A stretch of 64,000 nt of DNA, taken from Felis catus. Its lineage: Eukaryota. The translations under genes were made by a program, and so were the position numbers. The notes below the pieces were generated by a model. That model did not search any database. It saw only the letters and a program-made list of their open reading frames with translations, and was not told the origin of the DNA. The stretch's first letter is position 1, and each line of letters opens with the position of its first letter. This document shows, in pieces, positions 39,435-52,975 of this stretch. Location of the stretch: positions 160,334,001 through 160,398,000 of the forward strand of contig NC_058368.1 of NCBI RefSeq assembly GCF_018350175.1, written 5' to 3'.

Positions 39435-40766
39435 CTGTAAGACATGCCTCCTTTGTGACTTCTGCCTTTCTGCTCAACACACACACCGCATACCCTTTGT
39501 ATTCTCTTTGTAGTTTAATTTATGTTATAAAAAGACATTTTGGATATTCTTCAAGGGGAATAAAACTGTAACTGAATATGTGACAAAATTAGAAAGTAAA
39601 TTAAATTCTCATTAAGAGACTTGAATTGTAAACAAGTGTGTCGCACCCAGGGATCCTGCATGGTTTGTCTTTACTAATGAGCCTTTCTTGACATGCTTGT
39701 TTTTCCCTCTCCTTTCCTTGAACAAGATAGGACTCTTATTTCTGTTTGAGCCTCGTAGTTGCTGGCTTCATCCTTGTTTATAGCTCCGGATGCACACAAT
39801 TCTCAGGGCAGATTAATTCCCTCCGTGTAGAACAGGACTATTCAAAAGCAATGTTATTTTATATACAGAATAAATTGCAACATTTGTTGATACTTGGAAG
39901 TAAAAAGCACCCCTGGCAAGATTGTTGAATACTGTGACTGATTAAAGCTGGTGATTGCTTCACCTTAATACTCTATGAGACACCCATATATCCACCAAAA
40001 GCTGAACAAACAAATGTGCTTAATTTGATTTCTTCTCTAAGGAAAGAAATTGAGGTGCTTATTGGTTGGAAGTTGGTCTCCTGTTGCTCTTTTAATTGGT
40101 AGAAAAAATAGAAGTCTTCTTGTTCTTCTCAGCTTCTGTGACAGTCTTGTCCCTTCTGCTATCAGCAGGGTTATTTTTAGGTTTGTAAGCGCTGTTCATT
40201 AAAGGGTGAAAACTCTGTCAGCCATGGATTGAGGGTGGGGAAGAAAGGGGGAGAGAATGTTTCAGCCAGATGAAAAAGGAATACTTCTTTAGGCAGAAAG
40301 TTGAAATGTAATTGAATAAACACAGGAGAAACAAGCAAAACACCACTTTTTCTACTGCCCCGTACGCTTGTGGGAATTATGGTAGACTGAGAAGACAGAA
40401 GTAAATGTCTGCCAGAAAGTTTAGGTCCTTGGGATTGAGGATGAAAAACAGCCTTTGGGGAATACATAAAGTTCTTCAAAGGCTGTTCTGTTCTGAATGC
40501 CGAACAGGCATGCCAGAGAGATTTTCTTCAGAAGTGCTCAGAAAAGGTGGGGGAGACAGCTGCCAGCATAGATGTCTGGGAAGACCACGCTTACTTATGA
40601 ATGATTCATCTCAACTAATTCTGCCCATAACATTTTTCTTCCTTCAGTTGGGGTTGAGAAAGGTGAAGATGCCCAAATTCACATACATAAATTTCAAAGA
40701 TTTAATTTTTGCCTTGCTGCGGTATGGGCCTGTGTTTAGAACAGACCTCTTCTAGTCATTCCTTAC

Positions 40767-40892
40767 CTCCTGACCTGTACCTTGGTATTTCTACCTTCTG
40801 TATTTTAAAATGCCTCACTGACATCGCAGGCTTTTATTATCACTGTACACGGATTGAATTCTCTCGGGCATAAACTCTTTTAAATGAATTCA
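40767..40892 (-). pseudogene. Candidate decayed exon (...IHLKEFMPERIQSVYSDNKSLRCQ*...)
   Basis: Strong GAG|gtaagg donor and tttttcaacccaag| acceptor; 126 bp, three stops. Confidence 0.3.
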
Positions 40893-41517
40893 CTTGGGTT
40901 GAAAAATAAATTACTTGTTATTAGAATTCATTTTCCCTTACTGTTTTATTTTCTAAGGTTGTCACATTTTACTTTACACTTACTTACTTTACTCGTAGCA
41001 ATTACACAGTGTGCCTTTTGCTGGAGGACACGCTAATTCACCATTTAAACGCATTTCTAGGTCAATTAATATTATTTTAAATCCCTAAGCCATAGAACAC
41101 CTAGCCCAACTATTTAGGTTGCTTAAAGGATATATAGGAAATAGCGACCATGAAGTTTTTACTATTCTCTGCTTTGTCAGTTTTTACAGTTATTACTTTA
41201 ATTATTGGAAATACTAAGCAGTAGCACCTGCCATCATTTCACTAATGCTTTGGAAATTGGTAATGCTTTTCGGTGCTTTTGTGTTTATTTATAAGTAAAA
41301 ATTTTTGATGAAATGTCCTGAAAGTAAAAATTAGATGAGAAGACACCGTATTATTATTTCCTAGTAAACTGTGTATTATTAAGCCCATAGTTTAATGCTA
41401 GAAATAAACAAAACTTTGTAGGTGAGTGACAGGCCATTTTGTTTCAGAAGTAAAAATCTTAGAAATTGCTGAGAAACTAGATTCCCCTTTCTTATGTGTG
41501 TATTCATTTGGTGAAAC

Positions 41518-41644
41518 CTCAGATGTACTGAAGTCTGGAAAGTGAATGGTGAATCTGATGATACAGTAATAATGCTGGTTTATAAAAAGTAAACATGCTG
41601 GAATCGAAACAACCAGAATAATTTTATCCATGGAGCCAATATAC
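41518..41644 (-). pseudogene. Candidate exon V-(frameshift)-LAPWIKLFWLFRFQH...; 3' end uncertain
   Basis: tag| acceptor at 41645 (weak tract); L-x-P...L-F/Y-W-x-x-R-F motif follows the 42.8 kb exon. Confidence 0.45.
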
Positions 41645-41841
41645 CTAGTTGCTAGTAGTGTTCAGAAACTATAATCTATCATCATCATGTATTACTGTAG
41701 TTTAAAAGTTGTGTTTTGAGCCAGAACATGTGCAATACAAGAAAACTATTTTTTGGTATGTCATAGGCATATCTTGGTTTTTACCCCAGATAATTAATGT
41801 CATGCTTAGTGTTGAGCTTTGTTTCCAAATGGTTTAGCTAT

Positions 41842-42082
41842 GTTTTTTTTTTTTAATATTTATTTATTTTTTAGAAAGAGAGAGGGAGACAGAGAGAGAG
41901 ATTGAGAGAGATTGAGAAAGATTGCTTGGGGGAGGGACAGAGCAAGAGAAGGAGACAAAGGATCCAAAGCAGGCTCCACACTGTCATTGTAGAGCCTGAT
42001 GAGGGACTGAAACTCATGAACCCTGAGATGATGACTTGAGCCAACGTTGGATACTCCGTGGACTGAGCCACCCAGACACCCC
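41842..42082 (-). mobile_element. CAN-SINE
   Basis: TSD ggttt(a/g)gctat. Confidence 0.9.
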
Positions 42083-42812
42083 ACGGTTTGGCTATTTAAA
42101 AATACTACTTTTACTTTTAGAATGAGTGAAGGCATTGGAAACTTAAAATAATTTCAAATGTATTTTGATCATGGCCTTGTAGATAGTGTACAAAGTTACC
42201 ATTTGAAGAATCCCTCACTGACACAGGGTATCAGGTTTTGGAAGTCGCATTACTAAAGATTCACAAAGGTTACAAATGTAGTTTTCCGGCACTAAAGAGA
42301 GGCTTCATTCCAGGGCTTTTCTGTTCACTACTGAAATGCCAAATTTGAGTAAAGGTATTGTCTCTAAAAAACAAAACAAAACAAAACAGCAAACAACAAC
42401 AAAAAAACATACATCCACAGTCTCTGAAGAAACAATAGAATAAAAGATCTTGTAACCTACTATTTTAGTTCCTTAATGTCTTCCTTATAGGGCCTTATGC
42501 GAGAATATCTGGGGAGTAATGATGCTGAGGAGGATATAGGGCTGGGTGGAGCTCCTGAGGCTCTCAGTACTTTATGAAGAAAGGATAGTGTCTCACATCT
42601 AATTCATGCAAAGTAGTACTGAACTATAAAATGTATGCAAAAAAAGCCTGAGTTCTGATTTATTCAGGATAAAAAAGTGTCAAATTATTTTAAGTCTTTT
42701 TTCATATTTTTAATACTTTTGGTTTGCTCTTGTGTTTTTGTTTTGTTTTGTTTTCTGCTTGTTTGATTAGCCAGCTCTCGAGGAAAGGATTTTGAGCAAA
42801 AGTAACATTTAC

Positions 42813-42871
42813 CTCAGGATGAAGGCTCAAAGATTCCTCATCATCCAGAGACAAAATAAATACATGTGAAT
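42813..42871 (-). pseudogene. Exon xSHVFILSLDDEESLSLHPE
   Basis: agttttctcag| acceptor and GAG|gtaaat donor; 59 bp, open, phase 1/0. Confidence 0.6.
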
Positions 42872-44289
42872 CTGAGAAAACTAATTACTTTTTAGAATTG
42901 AAAAAGGGCCAAGTGTCTTAATATGCATCTTTTGAGGTATCTTTTGAGGTTTTGAAATACTACTGAATGGTTGATAATATATAATCAAATCATCAAAAAA
43001 CCTAATGTGAAATTGTATGTCTGTTCAAATACAAAACATTCCTTGGGTGATGGCTTTAGAGGAACTTGGATTTTAGTTTACTATTTTACATTTAGGATAT
43101 AAAATATCCATAAAGTGTTCCAAACACTTGGAGTAACCTAATTAGTAATCCCAGAGTAATCAGTACAATACTTTTATAATTTTTATATTTTATCATTTTT
43201 ATATTTATGTTTTATAAAATTATAATTTACAATCACTGCACAGTGTGTGATGTTCATAAAATATCAAAATAAATAAATTTTGTTGATATGGATTTTAGTG
43301 CAAATATTTAAAGAAAAATCTACGAAATAAACAAAGATATAATTTCTCACTTCCCAAGTTAATAGTGGAAAAAACATGACATCAGAAGAATCAATTTCAG
43401 CATGGCAAATTGCTAAAAGGATCATAAGCATATGTTAGAGTAGTTTCTTTGAGTATTCTGGACAATTATTGTCCTTGAAAATATTTGAGAAAACTTTTGT
43501 CAATATACTAGTTCCAGAAGAAAGGTAATTAAACAGTTTAAACATGCATTTAGAATTTGATTGATTTTCACAGAAATTACTGAACATTTTAAATTACTCC
43601 TAAAAAGTGACTATGCATTAATCTTTCATATAAGATAACATTATGTTAACAAGGTAATAGTTGGCTAATATAATTTTATATCATTTGTGTATTAATGCAA
43701 ATGCTGGCTAAATTTCTGTTTTGTTTTTTAAAGACTATTCTTTAATCTTTCTTATACTATCTCCCAATTAAAATGTGACTTTAGGTTCAGTGAAATCCCT
43801 TATAAATCTTATATATAATTTTCAACAGATGACTCGATATTCTAGAATACATAGATTTTTTTTAAAGAGGTGGTATAGACTTCAAGCTTTATGTAATACC
43901 TACAACTTTGCTTGCTCTACATTTTTTCTTTTTCTTATTGTAGGAAGAACTTTCAACATGCGATATACCCTCTTAACACACATTTAAGTACACAGTACAG
44001 TACTGTTAACTATAGTCACAATATTCTATAGTAGATCACCAGGACTCAGTTCATGAAACTGAAACTTCATATGCATAAAACAGCAGCTCCCTCTTTTCCC
44101 CTCACCCCAGCCTCTGGCAACCACCATTCCAAATTTGATTGTATAAATTTGACTATTTTAGATACCTCATGTAAGTAGAATTATACATTATTTATCTCTC
44201 TGTGTCTTATTTTATTTAGCAGAATGTCCTCAAGGTTCATCCATGTTGTTGGATAGAGCAGAATTTCTTTCCTTTTTAAGGCTAGATAA

Positions 44290-44291
<2 letters not shown>

Positions 44292-44327
<36 letters not shown>
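44292..44327. repeat. (GT)n microsatellite
   Basis: Direct reading. Confidence 0.97.
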
Positions 44328-44330
<3 letters not shown>

Positions 44331-44621
44331 TGTACACACACTACATTTTCTTTATCCATAGTCCATTGATGAACATTTAGATTGTTTCCATATCTTAGCT
44401 ATGGTAAATAATGGTGCAATGAACATGGTAGTGGATATATTTCCTTGACATCATGTCTCAGTTTTTTTAAAAATATATGTACAAGTGGAATTATTGGATC
44501 ATATGGTAATTCTATTTTTAATTTTTTTTAGGAATTACTCTTTTCCATAGTGGCTTCACCAATTTACATTCCCGTCAGCAGTTCTACAGGTGTTACAGTT
44601 TCTCTGCATCCTAGCCACACT

Positions 44622-44685
44622 TTTATGTTTTTTTTCTTTTTTCTTTCTTTTCTTTTTTTTTTTTTAGTTTATTTATTCTTTGAGA

Positions 44686-44733
<48 letters not shown>

Positions 44734-44903
44734 AAGCAGGGGAGGGGCAGAGTAAGAGGGAGAGACAGAATCCCAAGCAGGCTCTGTGATCAGTGCACAG
44801 AACTGATGGGGGGGGGGGGCTCAAACTCATAAACAGTGAGATCATGAATTGCGCTGCAATCAAGAGTCAGTTGCTTAACAGACTGAGCCACCCAGGTGCC
44901 CCT
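44622..44903 (-). mobile_element. CAN-SINE in L1
   Basis: Head, (GA)n, T tail. Confidence 0.92.
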
Positions 44904-45389
44904 ATCTTTTTTTCTTTAAGTAACCATATTAACAGATGTGAAGTAATATCTCCTTGTGATTTTCATTTGCATTTCCTTGATTATTAGTTATGTGCTACAT
45001 CTTTTAATATATGTGTTGGCCATTTGTGTGTCTTTCTTGGAGAAATGTCTATTCAGGTCCTTTGTCCAGGTTTTAATGGGGCTATTTGATGATTCCTGTT
45101 CAGTTGTAGGAGTTCCTTAAATATTTTAGATAGTCATAGCTCATAAGTGTATATCTCATAAGATGTATGGCTTAGAAATTTTTCTTCTATTCTGAAGATT
45201 GTCCTTCACTCTGTTCATTGTTTCCCTTGCTTTGAGAAAGTTTTACTTTGATACAGCCCCACTTGTCTATTTTTTGCTTTTGTTTCCTGTGCCATTGGTG
45301 TCATAATACAAAAAAAAAAATTATCAACAAACCCAATGTCATGAAGCTTTTCCTCTGTTTTCTTCTAAGATTTTTACAGTTCCAGGTGT

Positions 45390-45615
45390 TTTCTTTTTCT
45401 TAAAGTTTATTTTTACTCATCAGAGAGGGAGAGGGAGAGGGAGAGAGAGAGAACAAACAGGGGAGGGGCAGAGAGAGAGGGAGAGAGACAATCCCAAGCG
45501 GGATCTGTGCTATCTGTGCAGAGCCCAATGTGCAGCTCGATCCCACCACCATGAGATCATGACCTGACCTGAAATCAAGAGTTGGGCACTTGACCGACTG
45601 TGCCACCCAGGTGCC
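45390..45615 (-). mobile_element. CAN-SINE in L1
   Basis: Head, (GA)n, T tail. Confidence 0.92.
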
Positions 45616-46986
45616 TTTCAGGTTTTATGTTGAAATCTTTAATTCATTTTGAGTTGATTCTTGTGTGCATTATAAGGGTCCAATTTCAATCTTTTGCATG
45701 TGGATTATCTACTTGTCCCAGTACCACTTGTTGAAAAGATGTCCTTTGGGAGTATTTTTGGCACCGTTGTCAAAGATCAGTTGACAGTCTATGTGTGGGC
45801 TGATTTCTGGGCTCCCTCTTATGTTCTGTTGGTCTACATGCCTGCTTGTATGCCAGTACCATAATGGTTTTCATTACTATAGCTTATTGTTTGTTGTACT
45901 GTTGTACTAACACTGTAGCTGTGATTAACAAAAATGTCAAAATTGCTCAAAAGGAATTATTGAACCACAAAAGAACTGATGACAGTGGTATTCTAAATAC
46001 TAAAACTTAGAGTAAGCGAAATTAATGAACAGAGTCCATTACAAATACAGATGTGAGTTTTTGTGAGGGGATTCAAATGCATTGTGAAGTTCCTGGTATG
46101 TTATTTGTCCAAAAAAAAAAAAAAGACAAAAAGGTAAATATCAAGTGGTTAATAAAATGATACATTCTTGGATATTTTGTTAGCTTGTCACAAGTCCTGA
46201 GAACACTGACTGTATAAAATGTCAAAAGAATAAGGTCTTATAAGTCACTAAAAGTTTGCATCATAGAAAGCACAGTCAGTTTTGGTTAAGACCATTAACT
46301 TAACTTCTAGAACAAGTGCAAAATATTGCTTTTCTGTTTCAGACATACACTGTCCCTCACAGTTTCACTCTTTGTATAAACACAGTTACAAGTTACAGTA
46401 TTTTCAAGAGGATGGTAAATATAGTTACAGACAAAATAACAAACATTTTGTTCAGAGAGAAAGCAGAATGAGCTGTAGTTAATAAGAGATCATGTATTTA
46501 GGTAATTACCACATCTCCTCCTAGTTAGATATTTCACATATAAGATGCATATGACTGGTAATTTTCAGAATGTGATTTTGTTCCTGTCTTCTGACTCTGC
46601 TAATTGCCCTTTTCAGGAAAAGATTACTATTGGGATTAGCATTAAAGGAGTTTGACTCTATACTTAGTAGGAAAGTGTATTGCTATAAAAATTAGGTTGC
46701 CAAAGTATATTTTTTCCCCTATTTTCCTTATAGAATGTAGTCACCTGGATGAGGACTGTAGCTTACTTTTGGGAATGTATTTCTAGCCCACCAACCTAAA
46801 AAACAGACAGCATGAGCCTTGGTGACCTTCTCTCACAAACTTTCATTATTTCCTCATGGTTAAAAAAAAATGCAGAAAATGATGTGATAAAAGTAATGCA
46901 TTTTGTGAACACTCTTTAAAGGCCAATTTGGATTCAACCAAAGATAAAAGGATACTACAAGTCTTTGCTTTCATCTTCCCTTCTAG

Positions 46987-47162
46987 AGTATGCATCAAAA
47001 GTAGGGGTTATATGGTGAGCTAAAAGATAATTGTTAAGGTATACAGTGCTGGGTGCCAAATGGGACTATATGGCTTCCAGAAGCCATGCAGAAGAGAATA
47101 GATGTCATTCACAATACATCTCTTGCTGATGATTCATTCTGGAAACAAAGAATGAAATTTAG
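46987..47162 (+). pseudogene. Plus-strand candidate exon (...PEAMQKRIDVIHNTSLADDSFWKQRMKF), putatively inverted
   Basis: Strong acceptor tttgctttcatcttcccttctag| and AG|gtgtat donor; stops in the 5' half. Confidence 0.35.
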
Positions 47163-47973
47163 GTGTATGGTTATCCTGTAGTCCCTGACAGAATGAATGG
47201 CTATTTAATATGTTTGTGGAGGAGTGAGTTGTGAGAACATGGCTACGTTCCCATGAAGAGAACACAGACAAGGGTCAAGGTGTTCACATGAGTTGACGAA
47301 TTTGCAGATGATGGCTGATTTGTCTGATTCCAGGACCATTAGCTTTAACCACTGTGCATTGGAGTGACAGCAATAAAACACACACAAAAAGGAGCAATAG
47401 AGTAATTAAGTTATTTTGCCAAGGACACCAGAATTTAATTTTGGAGGAACATACAGGTTCACAGTGTTTTAAAAAATTGGAAAAGTTGTAGAATAAAGCC
47501 TGCATCCAGACTGCAGTAGTGATAAAAAAAAAAAAAGAAACTAAGCCAAAGCAAAAACTGATTATTTCATTTCCTATTTCTCACTTACATTCCTTTAAAT
47601 AGTTTGTATAACAATGAAGATATTATATATAACCTTGACATTTTTTGTTATTTGTGAGTTTTTCCAAATGATTACAAAATAATTAATATGCAGAATTATG
47701 ATTTGATGGGATAATAACATTAAATTATAATATTCTTTCAGACAATGAAGAAATATATTTTTTACTTTTATTACTAAGTGTTTCTTGTAATACTTAGGAA
47801 TTAGAATTTGCTTTCTTAGGTAAAATAAAATGATAAAATTTATTCCATCACAGTCTCTTAATCAAAAATGCACACCTCACCCCTTTCTGAGTCCTACCCT
47901 GGGAATCCTGATTTGGTAGGTTTAGAGTAGGGCCAGGTCTGTTATGAACAGAAAAAAAAATTCACGAAGATCT

Positions 47974-48168
47974 GTTTTTTTAAGTTATTTTAGAGAGAGA
48001 GCACAAGTGCATGAGTGGGGGAGGGATAGAGGCAGAGAGAGTGAATCCTAAGCAGGCTCTATGCCCAGCGTGGAGCTGCATGATGGGCTTGATTTCACAA
48101 CCCTGGGATCATGACCTGAGCCAAAATCAAGAGTCAGGTGCTCAGCTGACTGAGCCACCCAGGCACCC
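47974..48168 (-). mobile_element. CAN-SINE
   Basis: TSD atctgttttt. Confidence 0.9.
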
Positions 48169-48539
48169 ACTACAATCTGTTTTTAATTATGAAACATTAG
48201 AGGAAATGATTCCAAAATTGTATTATAGTTATAATCCCACAATTCTCTCACTTTCAGACCAGATACAATTGTAAAGCATGTAAAGATGTAAAAAGCATCT
48301 TTTTATGTGGGTAATGCATCTCCAAACCTGTTCTTGCGTTCTATATATATCCTTCAGTTTTTTCATTTCTTATTCCTTCTACTTCATTATGAATAGAGCT
48401 TTTATAACAAGTATGTGTGTATATATACATATATAAACATCCATATATGTACAATACATACACGTATAAATATATGCATACACTTACACAAGAAATCTTG
48501 TTTCTGTCATTCATGTTATTATTTATCCTTTGCTCTCAG

Positions 48540-48600
48540 ACAAAAATGACAAAGGAACATTCTTATTTGTTATACTGAAGATGCTGAAAGATATACCAAG
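48540..48600 (+). pseudogene. Plus-strand candidate exon (xKNDKGTFLFVILKMLKDIP), putatively inverted
   Basis: tttatcctttgctctcag| acceptor and AAG|gtattt donor; 61 bp. Confidence 0.45.
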
Positions 48601-50619
48601 GTATTTTAAGGGACAAACTGGGGAAATACAACCTTTCAATAATACGTTCAAAACTGAAAATGTTATCTGTGTCTAGGCTTGAGTAGTATGAACCTAAATT
48701 GAAATATTGCCATCTTTATTAAAATACTTCCTAAATACCATACTTAATATGGCCATTTCTTAGGAATATATTATAAACTCTTCTTTCACCACTGCTTCTT
48801 AATGTTTGCTCTATTACTGATGTGTTCTTTGAGTAAGGCACCATACTTTACCTAAATAACCTAGAATTCTAATAGTATTCCGTAAGCATACTACTTTATT
48901 TCTATAATTTATTGTCAGTAGCTTGGCTCTTTATGCATAAATTTAAATACATAAATTGGTCATTTGAGTGCTATAGTAAATCAGTTTAATAATGGCATAA
49001 CTGATATTTTCCATACAAAGCACCCAGGATTCTGAAGATTAGTCTCCTCTGTTCACCTTCTTCCTGCATATGTCTTAGGCCTACAGTGATGTTAAGTCTT
49101 TTCAAACAACCTCCTCTTAAATAATTTCTTTCTAATATCTTAAATGCAGGTCTTGTAGAGTAGTAGGCTATAGTGCAGTTTTATCAGCTATCTTAATGGT
49201 ACCGCAGTCACTAATAACTTTGTGTTTCCTATTCTTGGAGTCTCAAAACAACAGGGAGAGAACTTTGAATAATCCAATCCATTCCATTTTCCTATCATTA
49301 AACAATTGCAGTCTACATAAAATCTTGAATGATAGTGTATGAGATAAAAAGACAATTATGCACTATTTATAGGATATAAAAAGAATTTGAATTTATATTA
49401 CATCCTTGTGATGAGTTGCAGATTTTCTATTTAAAGCCACATATGGCAGTTTCAGAGTGAATAAAATGTGAAATGTTAAAATAATATTAAAAATATTCAT
49501 TTTGCTGAAATAATCTTATATAACATTTTATGTTGTTAGCTTCTTGATTTAATTATGAATTAAACCAGCTTTATTTCATGTTAACCTTATTTCCCTCAAT
49601 ATTTTATTCAAGGATTATCAAATATCATTAGGCATGTCCAGCTCATTTATGTTCCTTATCTTGTTTAAATGATCAATTTTAGAAATATTGTCAAAAGAGT
49701 TTTTCAAGCTTGCTGACTCACTTTGTGACTGATGATACTAGAAATGCTGATATTTTTATTCACTTTTTCACCTCTTCATGCATGGCTAAGGTTGTTTGAA
49801 TTATATAAATCCTCATCACTGGTAGTTGAAACACTTTGAAATCAATGAAGTGTTTCTAAGATCTCTTTTCCATTCTCTTACTATTAATAATAGCTTTGTT
49901 TTCTAATGGGCTCAAAATGGTGTGTATTCGACCATGTCATACAAGTCTTTATCACTGTCAAGTGTTTTTACCTTAGCAAGTGGTTGGTTTCCTGGATTTG
50001 AACCTTGTCTTTACCTGTTCCTTACTGGTGATGTTGGACAAACATTTCTACCTTTTTGTTCTTAATGTAGAATAATGGGAACAGTAGTGATACTAATCTC
50101 AAAGGGGGATTGTGAAGATTAAATGAATTATAGGTACAGCGGTCTTAGAATAGTGCCTGATGCAATTTTCAGTGATGTATTGAACCTTGAATATGGTTTG
50201 CAAAAAACGAAAGAAAAACCCACCAAACAACAACAAAAACATGTCTCTCTCCTCATTCAATAACATTAATGAGACACCTAGTATGTTATAAGCAAGTACA
50301 GAGTAGTATTTGGAATACAGCTGGAATATAACACTGATGGTCTTGGCAGTAAGAACATTTAGGGTCAATTGAAAGGGCACAAACAGCACAATAATCACCT
50401 CATAGTGTGGTCAGTCTTTTAATGGGGAAGTATAAGGTGTGAATTGACAGTAAATATCTCCACCTGAAGCATTAAAGGAGGGTTTCCTGGAGAAAATGGG
50501 GCAGGTCCAAAACTCTTCAATATTTTTGTTACAAAGGACCCAGTGACAATATTTTTGAGTAATTGTTAATATATTCAGTAAAATCCTTTAACACTTTTGG
50601 GATGGTGAATATCATACAG

Positions 50620-50828
50620 ATTTTTTTTTTTTAATTTATTTTTGGGACAGAGAGAGACAGAGCATGAACGGGGGAGGGGCAGAGAGAGAGGGAGACACAG
50701 AATCGGAAACAGGCTCCAGGCTCCGAGCCATCAGCCCAGAGCCTGACGCGGGGCTCGAACTCACGGACCGCGAGATCGTGACCTGGCTGAAGTCGGACGC
50801 TTAACCGACTGCGCCAGCCAGGCGCCCC
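50620..50828 (-). mobile_element. Young feline CAN-SINE
   Basis: Nearly identical to the 55859-56085 copy; no clear TSD. Confidence 0.97.
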
Positions 50829-50859
50829 TGGATTCTTGAAAAATAAACTTTTTATTCTT

Positions 50860-52120
50860 ATGTCATCAGATCAAATCACCCCCAACCCATTACTGTTGGA
50901 ATTATCTGCCAGCACTGGGGCACTCTCTAGTTTCTTGATTATAATTCTTGAGTCATTCTTTCTATATCTAACTATTTCTGTTGTCTTACTGATATTAATA
51001 TTCTCCTTTTCTATGCTGGTCTTTCAGTCTTTACCTGTCCTTTCCTTAAATGATCTTGTCTTTCATCATACCTCAGCCACTAACCTCTATGATCATAATA
51101 TAGGCTATTCTGTTACCAGTGCAACCTCTAAATAATCACATTTTCAACTGCTTAAAGCAGCAAACCTAAATGGTAACACAAGCTCTGATGGTCAAAAATC
51201 CGGGTGTGTTTTATATGAATATTTCTGGCTGGAATTCTCTCATAAAGCTGCAAACAAGATGTTGGCCAGGGTTGCAGCCTTTGGAGGTTTCATTAGAGAA
51301 GGATCTATTTCTAAACTCAGTCACATGATTGTTAGTGGTCTTTAGGTCCTTAGAGCTAAAGCTAGAGACATCAGTGCTATGCCATGTTGACCCCTCCAAA
51401 GGTAGCTTATAACATGGCAAATTGTTTCTCCCAGAGTAAGGGCTGAAAGAGTTTAAAATCAGTCTTTTTATAACTTAAACTTATAAAGGACATTCCCTTA
51501 CTTATGCCATGTTCTTTCTAGTTGTTAGAACTGTGTTACTAAGTCCCGCTCACATTTAAGGGAAAGGGTTTACACAAGCCCCTGAATACCAGGAAGCAGA
51601 GATCTCTGACAGATAATTTAGAGATTATCTCCCACACCTTGCCTTCTCTCATCAAATTAGAACTTCTTTTTTCCCATTCACACTTTAATCTGATGACCTG
51701 TATTTCTATTTTTTCTTTTTGAAAAATTAGGGATGGCCATAAAAGACCTTCACAGGTCTGTTATCTACAGATAACAGTATTTATTATCTACCTGTCTTTA
51801 TGTTGTGCCATTATTTTTTCTTCTTCCTGTTACTGTGCATGATTTGTCTTTCCATATCTAATCTAAGGCTACCCTCCCCACTGTGCTCCAGAGCCCAAGC
51901 AATCTTGCATAATTAAAGATACTGTTCCACAAAGTCTCCTTTATTTTTTTCTGCATTGAATTTCTTTCTTGATTGGAGCATTCAGATCATTTTGTAATGT
52001 TTTAAAAAAAATTGATTTCACAACACGTTATAGATTCTGCCTCATTCCTGTGTTTATCTTCTTGAACATAACTTGAAAAGATGGGTTTCTATTTTTTATT
52101 CCAATTCTTTCCTTCCTAGA
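50860..52120. mobile_element. LINE-2 relic split by a MaLR LTR
   Basis: Pyrimidine-rich L2-like text (taaggctaccctccccactgtgctc) on both sides of the LTR. Confidence 0.5.
51130..51636 (-). mobile_element. MLT1-type LTR
   Basis: aagatgttggccagggttgcag, tgaataccaggaagcag, terminal ccaca. Confidence 0.75.
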
Positions 52121-52169
52121 CCTTCTATGATATTATATTGCTTGTTTGTTTTAATGATATTCTTCATAG

Positions 52170-52264
52170 GAGAGACTATGTTTCATTTCTTCATACAACA
52201 TAGAGAAAGCAGATGGATATGGGCAGAGTAAAGAACTTCATACAAAATCACCAAGAGACCAGAG
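52170..52264 (+). pseudogene. Plus-strand candidate exon (GETMFHFFIQ / IEKADGYGQSKELHTKSPRDQ), putatively inverted
   Basis: attcttcatag| acceptor and GAG|gtatat donor; 95 bp. Confidence 0.45.
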
Positions 52265-52480
52265 GTATATAATCTTTACATGTGTATGGCTTCTGTACAA
52301 TAGTAAATTTAGTTCCTAAACTGGAACATTTTCAGTTTACAGTGACAAAATATTCTTTGGGTAGTAATCAATTGTGCCCACTAATAAATTCAGTATTTGT
52401 GTTTCATAATGTAATAACAATTTTCTTTTTTGAAAGTTTTTTTTTTAATTTTCTTCCTTCTGAAAACGTTATAAAATTAC

Positions 52481-52728
52481 CAGCTGGAATTATTTCTGAA
52501 AAAGTCAGACCCTTTTCCACCCTGTAGTGATGCATGCATTGATTCTTAAATAACACTCTCTTATCCACAGTGCTGCTGAATAATACATCCATGGTACATC
52601 CACATCCTGTTCTTTTTTATGTTGTGTTGACCAGGAATTGCCTTGGAAGTTATTTAAGGCTGGGAATTGGTCTGCTGTTTTAAAGATGTTCAGGTGGCTT
52701 CAATTCTCCCATGACCAAGGCAGTCTGC
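52481..52728 (-). pseudogene. Candidate decayed exon (...MDVLFSSTVDKRVLFKNQCMHHYRVEKGLTFSEIIPA)
   Basis: CTG|gtaatt donor and ccacag| acceptor (weak); stops in the 5' half. Confidence 0.35.
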
Positions 52729-52975
52729 CTGTGGTTCAGACTGATGTTCTTTAGTCAACATGCGTGACCTCCTAGAATTTATATATCCCAAATGACCTTA
52801 TAAATTTTCATTTAAAGTGTATTCCAAGGTGAGGAGGAAATTCCCATTACTGTCCTAGCTGTTAAATCTGGATATTAACAATATAAGTTTCAATTTATTA
52901 CCACTGTAAAGTCACAGATTTCTTATTGTTTGCTTGCCAAAACATCCTTTTATTTCTAAAAGGAACAACCCATAC

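Larger units (their letters stand above)
43922..45885 (-). mobile_element. Older L1 3' fragment (ORF2 end + 3'UTR) with two SINE insertions and a (TG)n
   Basis: Typical antisense L1 text (ggagaaatgtctattcaggtcctttg, gccagtaccata). Confidence 0.88.
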
